Below are positions 13,301 through 24,391 of a DNA stretch of 64,000 bases, piece after piece (positions within the stretch are counted from its first letter, which is position 1; each line of letters starts with the position of its first letter). Source of the stretch: Ruditapes philippinarum (lineage: Eukaryota); contig NW_026859508.1 of assembly GCF_026571515.1 (NCBI RefSeq), forward strand, positions 62,001-126,000. The letters are read 5' to 3'. Made by a program: the position numbers and the translations under genes. The notes under the pieces were generated by a model. The model made no database searches. It saw only the letters and a list, made by a program, of their open reading frames with translations, and had not been told where the DNA came from.

Positions 13301-16300
13301 AATTATATACATATAATTAAAAATGTTTTGCAACAATTGTGATGGGTTATAAACCCTTTCAAGACACCAAGTTTTATCAAATAAATACATTAAAAGGGCT
13401 AATACCTATCATATTGTTTATTGACGAAATCGTAAATTTAAAAATTGTAGACAAAAGCCTTCTTCCCCTCTATATTCTAGGGCTAATTCGGGTAATTTAG
13501 TGTTTAGGTACGATGCATCGGCAGGATCGTTAGGCCTTATCACAGTCGGTGTACCAGAATCGTTTAACGAAGAACATAGATTAGTTATAGATGGTGCTGA
13601 ATGTATCAAAGGTAAGAGTAGTAGCAATGATATTGATGGTAGTATACATGTATGTATACTTGTATCTAACGTGTCTCAGTATCTTCTTATTATGTGATGT
13701 AAGATGAAACACAACAACCATTTTTGTATTACTTACTCGCTTTAGCTGGTACTGATACTTACTGGGAAAATACTTCAATAAGCATAAGGTTGTTTCCAGT
13801 TTATTTCTTTTTTCGGTTGATTGTAGATGTCATGTATAATGTGATGTTGTCTATGACGAATAAATTATGTTTAAACCAAAGACAAAATGTTGTATGCAAG
13901 TTCGCAAAATAAAAGAAATGCTTCATTAAGATTCAAACCTTATATTATCAACTTGAAGCTAAGTCATATCTCCATATCCCAGAGGCTAGTGAGGCAAGTG
14001 TTACACACAAACCATGTATACCGTTTTGCCATACTTCAAAATCCGTATGATTTACTTTAGAATTCGATATTTACCGACAAGAGGTCATTGAATATTCAAA
14101 TGCCCCACGTCAATATTGCCAAACAATATAATCTTATGATTTTAAAGTCAAAACAATATGTTTGTATAGGAAGTTGCATTTAACATATAGTAACAAAACG
14201 TAAAACATATGCAAATGATTCTCTTTTTTAGCTTTAAAGAATTGGGACAAAACAGTGTTCTGCCAAAAGGGAATTAAATCGAAATTGCAGAAAAAGTGGT
14301 GTTTAGAAACATCAAACAATTATTTATATGACCATTATATACAGAATTCATGCCTTTATCTTCATAATACCGGTTGCGGTAAGAATTTTCATTATAATAT
14401 TTATATGTAAAATTCATTTAAACTGAAGAAAATTATTTTTTTTTAAATTTATCAGAAGAATAGTCATTATTTCCTGAGTTAGCTGATTTCAAACAACATA
14501 TGAATAGTATAAGGTATGCTAACAAATGTATAAAATGTGAAAACAAAGATCAACGAGAAGGGCGGCACTAACTAAAGGAACCCTCGATAAATTAACAGCA
14601 CTTGGGACTACCGCAAGGTGCCCAACAGAGCACCAAGAAAACACTGGAGAGGGAATTTAAGACTTTTGCTATAAAACTTAAATATTACTCAATTATAATG
14701 TTTTGTTTATTTCAAATATAGAGGATATTTGTTTGTAATGCATGTAAAATTGAAATATAATTTCACTGAGTGAACACCAGATGCAATATTTTCACGAGTG
14801 GCGTAGCCACGAGTGAAAATATAATAGCTGGTGTTCACGAATGAAATATATTTCAATCTTATATGTAAAACAAATAAATTTTCTTTTTATTTTATGCTTT
14901 TAAGTGATTTTAAGTATTTTTTTACTGATTTTGCCGCGAAACGTCGCGCATTCTCCTTTGTGACGTCATTATATCATGACGTCACATCATAAGTTTTGAA
15001 ATATAGTTCTGTTAAATTTCTCTAATTTTGTTAGATTTTTAACATGATGTATGATGACATAGACTTTCTTTTCCTAAATAAGCATATTTACGTATGACGG
15101 CATTCATTTCTGCCTGTTATTCCATTTGGTTATGATTTTCTTTTCATCCGCATTCAGATAATTATAGTCCGGCTACAGTGAAAATTATATTTTATAAATT
15201 TCACTAGTGGTTTATCAGAATATAATCATCTGATATATTGTAATACAACACTGGAAAGCATGAAATAAAGCATGATAAACAAGTATACAAAAAAAAACCG
15301 TGAAATTCCTTTAAACATGCAACTTGTTTATGTAACAGTTCAGTAGTTTTGCATTTTGAGACTGCGGGTGTCAACCTCTAGTACTATGGGCCGTTTTTGA
15401 ACAATTTCATTTTCAGTGTTTTGGTAAACTGCATCCAACCAACTGATAAAAAAATCTGTACAAAATAACACTTTGCTTACTTGTTTGTGGATACGTGTGC
15501 GTGTGCATTCGCTTGTGTTTGTGCTGTTGTTTAAATATGTGTAGAGGGCGCGAACACATTCATATTCAGTGTAGTTTAATATATACTTTATTTCTAGAAA
15601 GAAACCCATGGACCGAAAACATATTTTGTCAGCAGGGAAGACCTTGTGATAAAAGACTTCACTGTATCTATGATAAGGATGATAATGGACAATTATTAGG
15701 CTGTAGATCGTATGACCATTTGCAAAACTGTGGTAACGTCTCAAATAATACGATTTATCTTTAAATTAATAGTCTACCTATTACATTTTGTATATAATTT
15801 TAACAAATAAAGCTTTAATTGAAATGGTATTAAACGAAACATGCAATGTTCTTATAAAAAGCATACAAAATATTTGATTAAACAGCTTTAATTATCATAG
15901 CATTTCTCCCAGTATTCTAACGTAAAAATTTATAACTGTATATTGTCAAGCTATGAACGAAAAGCTGGGCTTTAATTATTATCTTGACTTTAAGAAGCAA
16001 ACATTTTAATTCATACTAATGTAAAAATATATTCAACACAAATATCACTATTTTTCATACACTAGGTATTAAAAGCGGGATAAATAAACAAATTTGCTAC
16101 TTTGCTTATGATTCTCATTGAATTGACGGTATGTACCATTGGTCTCAGGCCTTGAACTTCAAGTCCAACTTATTGCAAATGACCATTACAGCATACTTGT
16201 TTAGTTTCAGTGTCCGCTATGTCCTGAACGCATGGTGATTACATCATATCACACTACGTTATGAGCGATATATGCCTAGTTTAACTGAATTAGATAGTTG

Positions 16301-19300
16301 TATAATCTATATTTTTATATTCGACGACGTCTACCATTTAAGGTCTTATAATGTTATTAAATTGTGTAATGACATCAGAAAGTAACTTTTCCTTACAGAA
16401 GACATTGCGTGCCCTGTTCATCATTTCAAATGTCCAAAAAGCTATTGTATACCCATGAAGTATGTATGCAATGGTAAGAGCGACTGTCCGGATGGTCAAG
16501 ACGAACATTTTTGTGGTAAATATAAACATCAATAAAACTATGGTCTGTATTTAGAATTGCTGACGTACAAGCAGAAATATGTTGAAAAATTGAAGTATAT
16601 ACTTTCAGATTGAATATGTTTCTTGTACTTGTTTCATTTGTACTGCAGATCCCTTTCATTTCATTTTCTTTACACTGCTTTTCAATGTTACATTTTGTAT
16701 TTTGTAGATTGTATTAACCCGGACAAAAGTGAAGTAACGATATTGTTCCCTGGACCAAATATTATATCTAAACAAAGATCAAAGGTGTTGCAAGAGGTGG
16801 CATCTAAGCTTAGAGGCACGTTGTTCACTAGAAGTTCCTCTACAAAAATATTGAAAATGATGAAAACTGAGGACTCAGGGGTTTATCCTTTCCATTTTGT
16901 TGGCGCTAATGCTTTATCCAAAAGTGAGCACACGGACAAACTAGAGACGGGCCATCTTATCAACTATACTGATGAGTTTGACATTAGAAAACGGAAAATG
17001 GAAATATTGTTTGACAATAAGGATGAAAGGTCAAGCAAGGGACTTATATGGCTAACAGATAGTCTATATGTTACTGAGGCCGAACGAGACATATTTCATA
17101 ACAATCTTGGTACAAATGCTTCAAGATCGATTAAAAAATATAGAGTTATAATTAACGCACGTCCATATAAAGAGATAGATATTCCACGTCAATCGCCTGT
17201 TACAGAAATTATGCTAAGGGACAAGGATATTCTAGGAACATTGGGTTCCAGATTGTTTCCTTCCATATGCAAAGGTAAACATCTCAGTAAATACATCTCC
17301 CTTCCCTTCATATACTATTGTATTTAAAACATATGATAATATGTTAACCTGGTAATACAACAAATAAACCGTGCTTTGATCTTCAACAATCCATTCTAAG
17401 AGCAAGCTTGTAAGACACAAAACTGCCTGTAAAGGTTATTTGTTTTTATTTTCATCAGGAAATTGGTTAAATACACAAAAGGCAGTGCTTTGACTTGCAT
17501 TATGAATTATATTCCAGTGCTTTTAAGTTTATTGCAAATAATTTCAGTCAATTTTGCACTTTAAATTATAAATATTTGATAGTCATATGTCATTAACTTG
17601 TTTTTGTCGTTTAAACTACAGCGAGATCATTTAGCGTTTCCGATATGTGCATGTTGATGTATCTACAAAATCATGTTGGTTGGTACGACTCATGTATGAC
17701 GGTCTTAGCACAACTCATAACAGTGTGCTTTGCAATCAGATAAACTTGTTATCCTTTTGAAAACAAACAAAAGACAATGTGAATTTGTTAAATGCTTGAC
17801 AATTTTACATGACAATATTTTTGCAATACTTTATTATAAGGCATACTGTGCAAAGAGTTCACAATTTGAATAACATGATCATAATGAAATTAGTGACTAT
17901 ATAACATTTAGGGTATGACATTCCGATTTCTTTTATTATTATCTATTTGATTAATATCTAGGTAATCCAGTGGAATGTGAAGGAAGATATCGTTGTAGAT
18001 TAAGTCTGGTTTGCATTCCTTTGTCACAGCTATGTGATAAGATAAAACATTGTCCATTCGGTGATGACGAAGAGATGTGTGACTTCGTTTGTCCTCGGCA
18101 ATGTGTGTGCCAGCCGTTAATTGTCAACTGTTCAAACTTGCTTGACCGAAATGATACAATTAATATATCATCATCGACGCGAGTGTTAGACGTAAGCAAT
18201 AGTGAAGAACTTGGTAGAGCTATTGTCTCAGATGAAGGAAGTTCACACCATGTACCCTTACTGATAAAGTTAAATGTATCAAATTGCGGAATTCAACATC
18301 TGTCAAAATATTCTTTCACTTTTCTAAGAAACTTGTTAACATTAGATATCAGTTTCAATAAGTTGAATGTTTTAGTTAGAGACACTTTTGTATTTCTAAA
18401 GCATCTTCAAGTTTTGAAAATGAATGGAAATGTGTTACTGTCTGCAATAGAGCCTGGGACATTCAATGGCATTTCAAATATTTCAATAGCAGTCAATGAA
18501 GCTAAAATCAAAGTTATAAACAAACACACTTTCGATGGCATAAACATAAATCATTTAGATTTATCCAATAATAACATTGAATCTATAGAAGACGATGCAT
18601 TCGAAGGACTTAGTTGTAGATCAATTGATATAAGAAATAATCCAATAAAGGTGTTTGGTAAGAATATATTCTATGGGATAGAAGGGCTGACAAATTTGAT
18701 AACACCACAGTACAAGTTTTGTTGTCTCAAACCAGTTTATCTTCTAGAAGATAGCTGTTTTCCTTATAAGGATGAATTCTCCTCGTGTCAGCATCTGATG
18801 AGGAACTCGACCCTTCAAACATTGTTATGGGTGATTGGACTTCTCGCACTGTTAGGGAATATTTTGTCCATTTGTTATAGACTTTATTTTGACAGCCAAA
18901 GACTTAAACTTGGTTACGGTGTATTCGTTACGAATTTGGCATTGGCAGATCTTTTAATGGGAATATACATGCTAATAATTGCTATCGCAGATCAAATTTA
19001 CATGGACAGGTATTTATATATATTTTTTTGTTTTATTCACTTTTATTTGAAACAATTATTTACTAGGATCTATTTCTCATTAACCAAATGTCTTGTTTCT
19101 CACCGAAGATTACAACATGTCGTTACTAAGTTAAGACCGCAGCAGTTACATGTTTCCGGAAATTTGACTCAGCCAAACCAAAAGACACATTTTTTTTGTG
19201 AAAAGGAATGTATATTTTTGTAATAAAAAGTAACTGAAATGCCAAAAAAGAATGTTAAAGGTAAAGAATATTAATCATAACATAATGATTTTTCATTGTA

Positions 19301-22300
19301 TCATACTTAATCAAATTAAAAGACTAGTCAGGCTAGGCTAAGATCAATGATTGCTATATTAGAAAATAAGTTTGATTTCCTGTAAAATGTACCGGGAAGA
19401 ACTGAATATAAGAAGATCTACCATTGGCCATTTTGAATTACAAACTGGAATCTGGGAATCGCATTGACTATTATAAAAAAGAAAACAATGTTAAGGATGG
19501 TTCTTGCCATTTTAAAATTAAACTTAAAGGATAGTTCTTAAATAAAATCAAAACGATAATTCTTGCCATATGTTCTTGTCATTTGCATCGAAGACCTGTA
19601 TATGCAAATTAACCAGTTTTACTTTTGCCGAGTATTATGTTTAAAGAGGCTTCTTGTTTTTCATAATTAGCAAACATATAAAGTTTTCTTTATCATTCCA
19701 GATATATTGAAGCGGACGAATATTGGCGTAACAGCGTGTGGTGTAAAATTGCCGGGTTTCTGTCGACAACATCATCAGAGGCTAGCGTCCTTCTCATTTG
19801 TCTTATCACACTAGACCGATTACTTGTGATCAAATTTCCATTCGGACAGTTACGATTTAAACCCAAATCGGCTTTATATGCTGTAATGGTTTCTTGGATA
19901 GTCTCAATAATAGTTGCGATAGTCCCTATATTGCATACTGATTATTTCAAAGGTCGCTTCTATAGTACCTCCGGCGTTTGTCTTGCTTTACCTTTGACGA
20001 ATGACAGACCTCCAGGGTGGCTTTACTCCATGTTCATTTTTGTCGGGTTTAATATGGTAACCTTTACACTGATTGCCGCTGGACAGGTACTTATTTACTT
20101 TGAAGTGAAGCAGCAATCCAAGAGGCGATTGAAAATGCGTACATCACGTGCTAATGATCTGAAAATTGCAAGGAATCTCCTACTTATAGTTACAACTGAT
20201 TTTATCTGCTGGTTCCCAATTGGTGTGATGGGTAAGTTGGTTCCTTTTATGTTACAATGCTTTAAATGGTGAGAATTTAATAGCGCTTCAGTCGGTGTAA
20301 CGGGCATGGGAATTGTTGCATGAACCATAACTGATTCCATTAACTTAAGTGTTGAGGGTTGATTACCGCAAAACCAGTGCAATATATAGGGCATGACAGT
20401 TTATGCAATTCTTTGATCTTTCGTGTCATGCATTTTTATTTAGATAAGTGATCTAATTTTGACGTGAAGAATAACAATTACATGTATCAATTTTCATACA
20501 AGTCCCCACTTTTGTACCTATTTCGCAACATAACTTATTGACAAAAGAAATATATCTTTGTTTTAAAAACAACAAAGAAATACATGATCCTTTTTCTAAT
20601 TGAAAATCTTTTTGTATTGACTAGCATTCGTTTTCTATTTTATACCTCTTTCTATTTACAGGAGTCCTTGCTACGATGGGTCACGTGATTCCTGGGGATA
20701 TGTATGCCTGGACCGCTGTTCTGATTTTACCAGTAAACTCCGCTCTTAATCCATTCATGTATACGTTCTCTGCAATCTTTGGAAAGAAGGTATAAATTTG
20801 AGAGTTGAAATATTTTAAATTGACTCTTGTTAATCATTGTTTTGAAAATAAAGATTTCTCGTCTTACATTTTATACATAAATATTCACGAAGAGCTCTTT
20901 TTAATGTTGTGATGGAAGAATTATCAAATAAAAAATCTGTTAGAAACAACGGCAGAATAAATGACAGTTATCAAGGTATTCTATTTCAATAAATACCGTA
21001 CAATTATTAATAGTATTGGTTAACAAAAACTTGTTTAAGCTTATCTAAACAATGATTAAGCAGTAAACTTAATGCATATGTGACAAACTGAACATACCAA
21101 CATAAGAAGTAAGAAGTATAGCGTGGTCTATCTATCTTTTGTTACAGGCATCTCCGTCGTGAAGATGTACATATAATTTTTGTGCCAATTAAATGTTAAA
21201 AAGGATAACGCAAACATATTATTGTTCTGTATTCCATATCTGAAACTTTTGAGCATACTTATTATTCATTTCTTTTGCCATTTCATATGGCGAAAACATT
21301 GCAAAATTTGCAATTATAAACAGCGCCAACATATAAAGTGAACATGGCAAATGTGTTAACTAAATAAATGATGATTTTTGTGTTCGTGTTTTTTAGAAAT
21401 TCCTTCCGAACATTGACGAACAGACAAGGAAAGAGTTATTAAAAGGTTTGAATACAAACACTTCTAAGCTATTTTTAGTAAAGAAAATTTATATTTGTGT
21501 CAAAACGTTGTTTTTTTTTTTCATCCAAAAGAGTCGAAGCTTTTTAGACATGGTCAACAGCACAAAGTAACAATTTGTACTTCTATGATTTATATGAGTG
21601 CTTCTATTTGAATAGTCAAATGTTTTTTATTGGCAAAAGGAAAGTTCTCGCAAGTTATAACGTCATTATTTCAGGGAAAATGCGAAATGGATCTCGTATT
21701 GTCGTACCTTCGCGCCCATATGAGGATAGCATTATAATTGCCCGGTACAAGACATCATTTTTGATCCACAAAATATTCATGATTCAATATTTCTTCGTGT
21801 TATTTCAAAGAAATTCAAGTCAAGATGCAAAAGAACCTTAAGTTAACGTCGTTCTTCATTAATATTTGTCAACTAACAAATACGCTGGCAATTATTTTCT
21901 TTCAGATGTTGGGCCTGCTGTACTGAACATTCTGCCATATTATTCCGGGAAACAAAGTGACGGTGCAGTGATAACGCTACGGGAATTATTGGATACTCAA
22001 CATCTTACATTTCTTGATTGTGCTTTTATTGTACGCCATCTTTCCAACTATCTTACCATTCTTCATGGAGACGGTCTCGTGCTACAGCCAATCAATGAAG
22101 ACAATATTTTGGTCCATGTGAATAATTTCAAGCAGGTAGTTTCATATAAAAATCTCAATTGCTATAATACCTGTAAAAAAGAAGAAAATAAACACAAAAA
22201 ATTCTTTGTTCCGGAATTATCGCTTCAATAATTTGCCAATTTTTATTCTTCTAAAGTTATTCTTATTTACGTTTTCTGGTTATTAATTGTCCAATTTGGT

Positions 22301-23107
22301 AGTTGCATACAAATAACTTGAACATATTTATTGTCTTTTCGTTGGCTTCTTACGTCATTGATTACATAACGAAATAACAATTGCAGTATTTAGGCGTGCA
22401 GCAACAATGACTAGTGTATGCTTTCAGTATCTTCACTAACATACAGCCTATCTGGACCAGTATAACTTCTGCACACCCATACAGTCTGACCATTTGCACA
22501 CACATACATTCTACCTGGACCAGTATAACTTCTGCACACCCATACATTATGTCCATCTGCACACCAATACAGTCTGACTGGACTAGTGTAACGTTTACAA
22601 ACATATACAGTCTGATATGGCCTGTATAAAGTCTACACATACCCGGACTAGTCGCAAGTCTACACACCCGTCTCACCGTCGCTCCTCAATTTTTTTACTT
22701 TGATATCACTACTACTTGTATTAAACAACATATATTTCCTAATTTAACAACGACAAGTCTACTGCACATACAAATTCTGCAATGAATAGATGACGAATCA
22801 GATGAAGATNNNNNNNNNNNNNNNNNNNNNNNNNNNNNNNNNNNNNNNNNNNNNNNNNNNNNNNNNNNNNNNNNNNNNNNNNNNNNNNNNNNNNNNNNNN
22901 NNNNNNNNNNNNNNNNNNNNNNNNNNNNNNNNNNNNNNNNNNNNNNNNNNNNNNNNNNNNNNNNNNNNNNNNNNNNNNNNNNNNNNNNNNNACGTGCAGG
23001 TGTCTGTAACGCCAGTTTTGTCATCAAAGAAGGTTGACCAAGAAGAAGATGTGTATAAACTGGGACTAATAACGCAGAAATTGTTGCAGAATGTCGGGAA
23101 ATGCTGA
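537..23107 (+). CDS. GRL101-like (type C LGR) mosaic GPCR with C-terminal pseudokinase; 5' end lies upstream of the window. Inferred exons: 537-751, 1035-1332, 2131-2328, 3023-3250, (3351-3419 tentative), 5798-6004, 6202-6280, 6769-6944, 7384-7647, 8221-8352, 9161-9274, 10697-10816, 11200-11382, 12186-12358, 12899-13014, 13481-13611, 15598-15732, 16399-16515, 16708-17274, 17962-19009, 19702-20231, 20662-20789, 21397-21445, 21906-22135, ~23000-23107
   Basis: All listed exons have AG/GT (one GC) ends and join in one continuous frame of ~1,870 codons. They contain LDLa repeats, LRRNT (CPRQCVC), LRRs, the hinge KFCC...[15 protein letters not shown], and a rhodopsin-class 7TM (GN in TM1, NLALAD in TM2, DRL in TM3, CWFP in TM6, NSALNPFMY in TM7). 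LDLa+LRR+7TM is the GRL101 layout. Confidence 0.9.
2131..3250 (+). CDS. GPCR exons encoding a divergent CUB-like domain 2
   Basis: Exons 2131-2328 and 3023-3250 read [14 protein letters not shown]...RYCN...EGFHIKY; phase 1 junctions. Confidence 0.6.
2369..2589. mobile_element. Palindromic MITE, family P (copy 1)
   Basis: ATGAGCCGCGTCATGACAAAACCAACATAATGGGTTTGCGACCAGCATGGATCCAGACCAGC...inverted at the other end; ~90-100 bp arms. Confidence 0.85.
4142..4546 (+). repeat. 81-bp minisatellite, 5 copies, open in one frame (27-aa repeat)
   Basis: Unit GACAGATTGTCTGACATAATTTTTGAAATAGAGGAGGAGTCTCGCAAAATAGGACGTCCTCCAGACGACATCAGCCAATGT; no indels between copies. Confidence 0.95.
5204..5412 (+). mobile_element. 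tRNA-derived SINE (CORE-like), full length with 14-bp target-site duplication
   Basis: A box TGGCGAAGTGG, B box GGTTCAAACCC, body GTTTCCTTGAGCAAGAAACTTTAC; perfect direct repeat AATTTGATATATAA at 5190-5203 and 5413-5426. Confidence 0.9.
5798..6944 (+). CDS. GPCR exons encoding a C-type lectin domain
   Basis: Three exons read KCLSF...[28 protein letters not shown]...YIGL...[18 protein letters not shown]...C...WETTTC...LVCE. Confidence 0.85.
7384..7647 (+). CDS. GPCR exon encoding a kringle domain
   Basis: [28 protein letters not shown]...[16 protein letters not shown]...WDYCPLERC has all six kringle cysteines; symmetric phase 1-1 exon. Confidence 0.92.
7725..7920 (+). mobile_element. tRNA-derived SINE (second family)
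   Basis: A box TAGCTCAGTTGG and B box GGTTCGATCC, followed by a non-tRNA body ending CTGGGCATGTAAAGGAACC. Confidence 0.6.
8221..11382 (+). CDS. GPCR exons encoding four LDL-receptor class A repeats
   Basis: Exons 8221-8352, 9161-9274, 10697-10816 and 11200-11382 each contain F.C..G.C....CD...DC.D.SDE..C-type motifs. Confidence 0.9.
8878..9105 (+). mobile_element. tRNA-derived SINE (third family, Meta-SINE-like), 5' truncated
   Basis: GGAAGTAACGAGCTAGTTTACGGAACGTCGGTTGTTCTACATAGGTGCCC...GAAATAATGCAC...GACGTAAAACCCAA plus A-rich tail; related copies occur elsewhere in the window. Confidence 0.7.
11320..13611 (+). CDS. GPCR exons encoding a fibrinogen/Caspr-like module
   Basis: [30 protein letters not shown]...CSQK resembles the start of fibrinogen-C/Caspr/COLFI-type domains; the remainder is divergent. 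Confidence 0.5.
12390..12580 (-). mobile_element. Same SINE family, degenerate copy
   Basis: Reverse complement of the 5204 element (TTTCTTGCTCAAGG, CCCCTGACAGGGTTTGAA, CCGCCAC). Confidence 0.75.
14718..15269 (+). mobile_element. Non-autonomous ~550-bp dispersed element with subterminal palindrome (copy A)
   Basis: Near-identical inverted copy at 32950-33498; internal hairpin ATTTTCACGAGTGGCGTAGCCACGAGTGAAAAT. Confidence 0.85.
15598..16515 (+). CDS. GPCR exons: GRL101-type variant LDLa repeat and a canonical LDLa repeat
   Basis: [23 protein letters not shown] (15598-15732) and [35 protein letters not shown] (16399-16515). Confidence 0.85.
16708..17274 (+). CDS. GPCR exon encoding a degenerate VWA-like domain
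   Basis: A 567-nt phase 1-1 exon bounded by cysteines (DC...SIC). It contains EVTILF (beta1), [18 protein letters not shown] (cf. F...GAR...KVLIVLTDG) and the terminal [14 protein letters not shown] helix. Confidence 0.6.
17962..20789 (+). CDS. GPCR exons: last LDLa, LRRNT, ~7-8 LRRs, hinge and 7TM domain
   Basis: ORFs 17970-19223 and 19736-20272 plus exon 20662-20789; LxxLxLxxNxI repeats and rhodopsin-family TM motifs. Confidence 0.95.
21397..23107 (+). CDS. GPCR intracellular tail encoding a truncated pseudokinase C-lobe
   Basis: TLRELL...[37 protein letters not shown] matches kinase subdomains V-VIb, with HRD replaced by [13 protein letters not shown] matches subdomain IX. Spliced in frame after NPxxY; stop TGA at 23105-23107. 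Confidence 0.7.
22405..22665 (+). repeat. Degenerate tandem repeat next to the gap
   Basis: Repeated CTGGACCAGTATAACTTCTGCACACCCATACA variants. Confidence 0.8.
22810..22991. other. Assembly gap (182 N)
   Basis: Run of N. Confidence 1.
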
Positions 23108-24391
23108 GATATCCTATATTTATATCAAAACAATGAGATATCAAATGTTTGTTATGTTGCACAAAAGTGCGTGTAATTGGTTACATTGGTTTTGAATTCA
23201 AACTCATTTCGAAGACGATGATCCATCAACAAACTTTTTATATTTTTTAATTTTTAAGCATTAGTTCTAGATAAATGTTTTCCGAGAAATGGACACTACT
23301 CGGAATAGAATATGGTCAGTGTTTTCATAAACCAATCGGTCGCAGATGCATTGATTAAAACATTAAAAACTTTAATTTTTGTTTTATTGATCGTAAATGT
23401 GTTGTATCGATGTGTTGCTTTGAAAAAAAAATACTTGCACTGTTAAAGTTTTTTTATACTTTTCTTCGTCAACTTTTTTAAAAGGCAGATCCAAAATATT
23501 TAGGATAGTAGATTTGGCGTTTAAAATAAAACTATTCGACAAAGGCAAATGTGAAAAAAAATATTTGAGCACTGTCTTGCAATTTGTTGTTTTAATGACA
23601 TAATATGTCAACGTCATATATGACGTCAAAGTCATACCGGAAGATTAAAATTGTAATTTTGTTAAAGCTGTTGTGGTTCTAAGCATTAAGTTGTGTTTTT
23701 TTTGTAAATTGTGTTTGGAATGATATTACATTAATTGAGCGTTTGATTAATGATATAGTTTATTAAATGAGTCGTGTGTAATAGTATCATTTATATATAT
23801 TGTAGCGAAAATATGTTCTAAAGAATCTATGACGTATTGTATTGTAGCTTCACTAGTTATTGTAACCATTTCTGTAAAATAAACAGTGAGTCTTATTCTC
23901 AAATGAGTTCAGTATTTCGTCTATGCCGCCATCCATATTTCAAGACTATTTTTTCTCCTTCTAGCTGTATACCGCCATCAATTATATTATGAAAATTGAA
24001 TTCTCCATTCATCTGATCTTGATTTAAGAGATGATATCAAACTCAATTATTAAATTTTTATATCAATTAGTATTGCATTGTACATGCAATTATTTGCCGG
24101 TAGTCATAGACTATTAGTACACGGATAAACACAAGACATAGCAGCAAGTTCAGTTCCTCCCATGGGATATATTATAATGATTCAGAACATTAATATTCCA
24201 TTGATATTTTATTGCCTCCAGTGGCAAACAAAAGCATCGGCATTTAAGCCACAATTAGGCCCTTTAAATATGTACGTATCCAAATAAATAAATCATAATA
24301 AAATCCGTAAGCTTTTAAGCAATAGATGGAGTCGATAAATGGAAGAGATTATACTCTTCTCCATATCTAATTGTATTAATACGGAATTAAG

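Noticed and set aside
14345-14378. Possible small GPCR exon (AG...G|GTAAG)
   Set aside because: Hits a TAA stop in the phase required by the upstream exon; the gene joins correctly without it.
22362-23162. ORFs 22362-22676, 22414-22629 and 22695-23162
   Set aside because: Products of a tandem repeat or of reading through the N gap.
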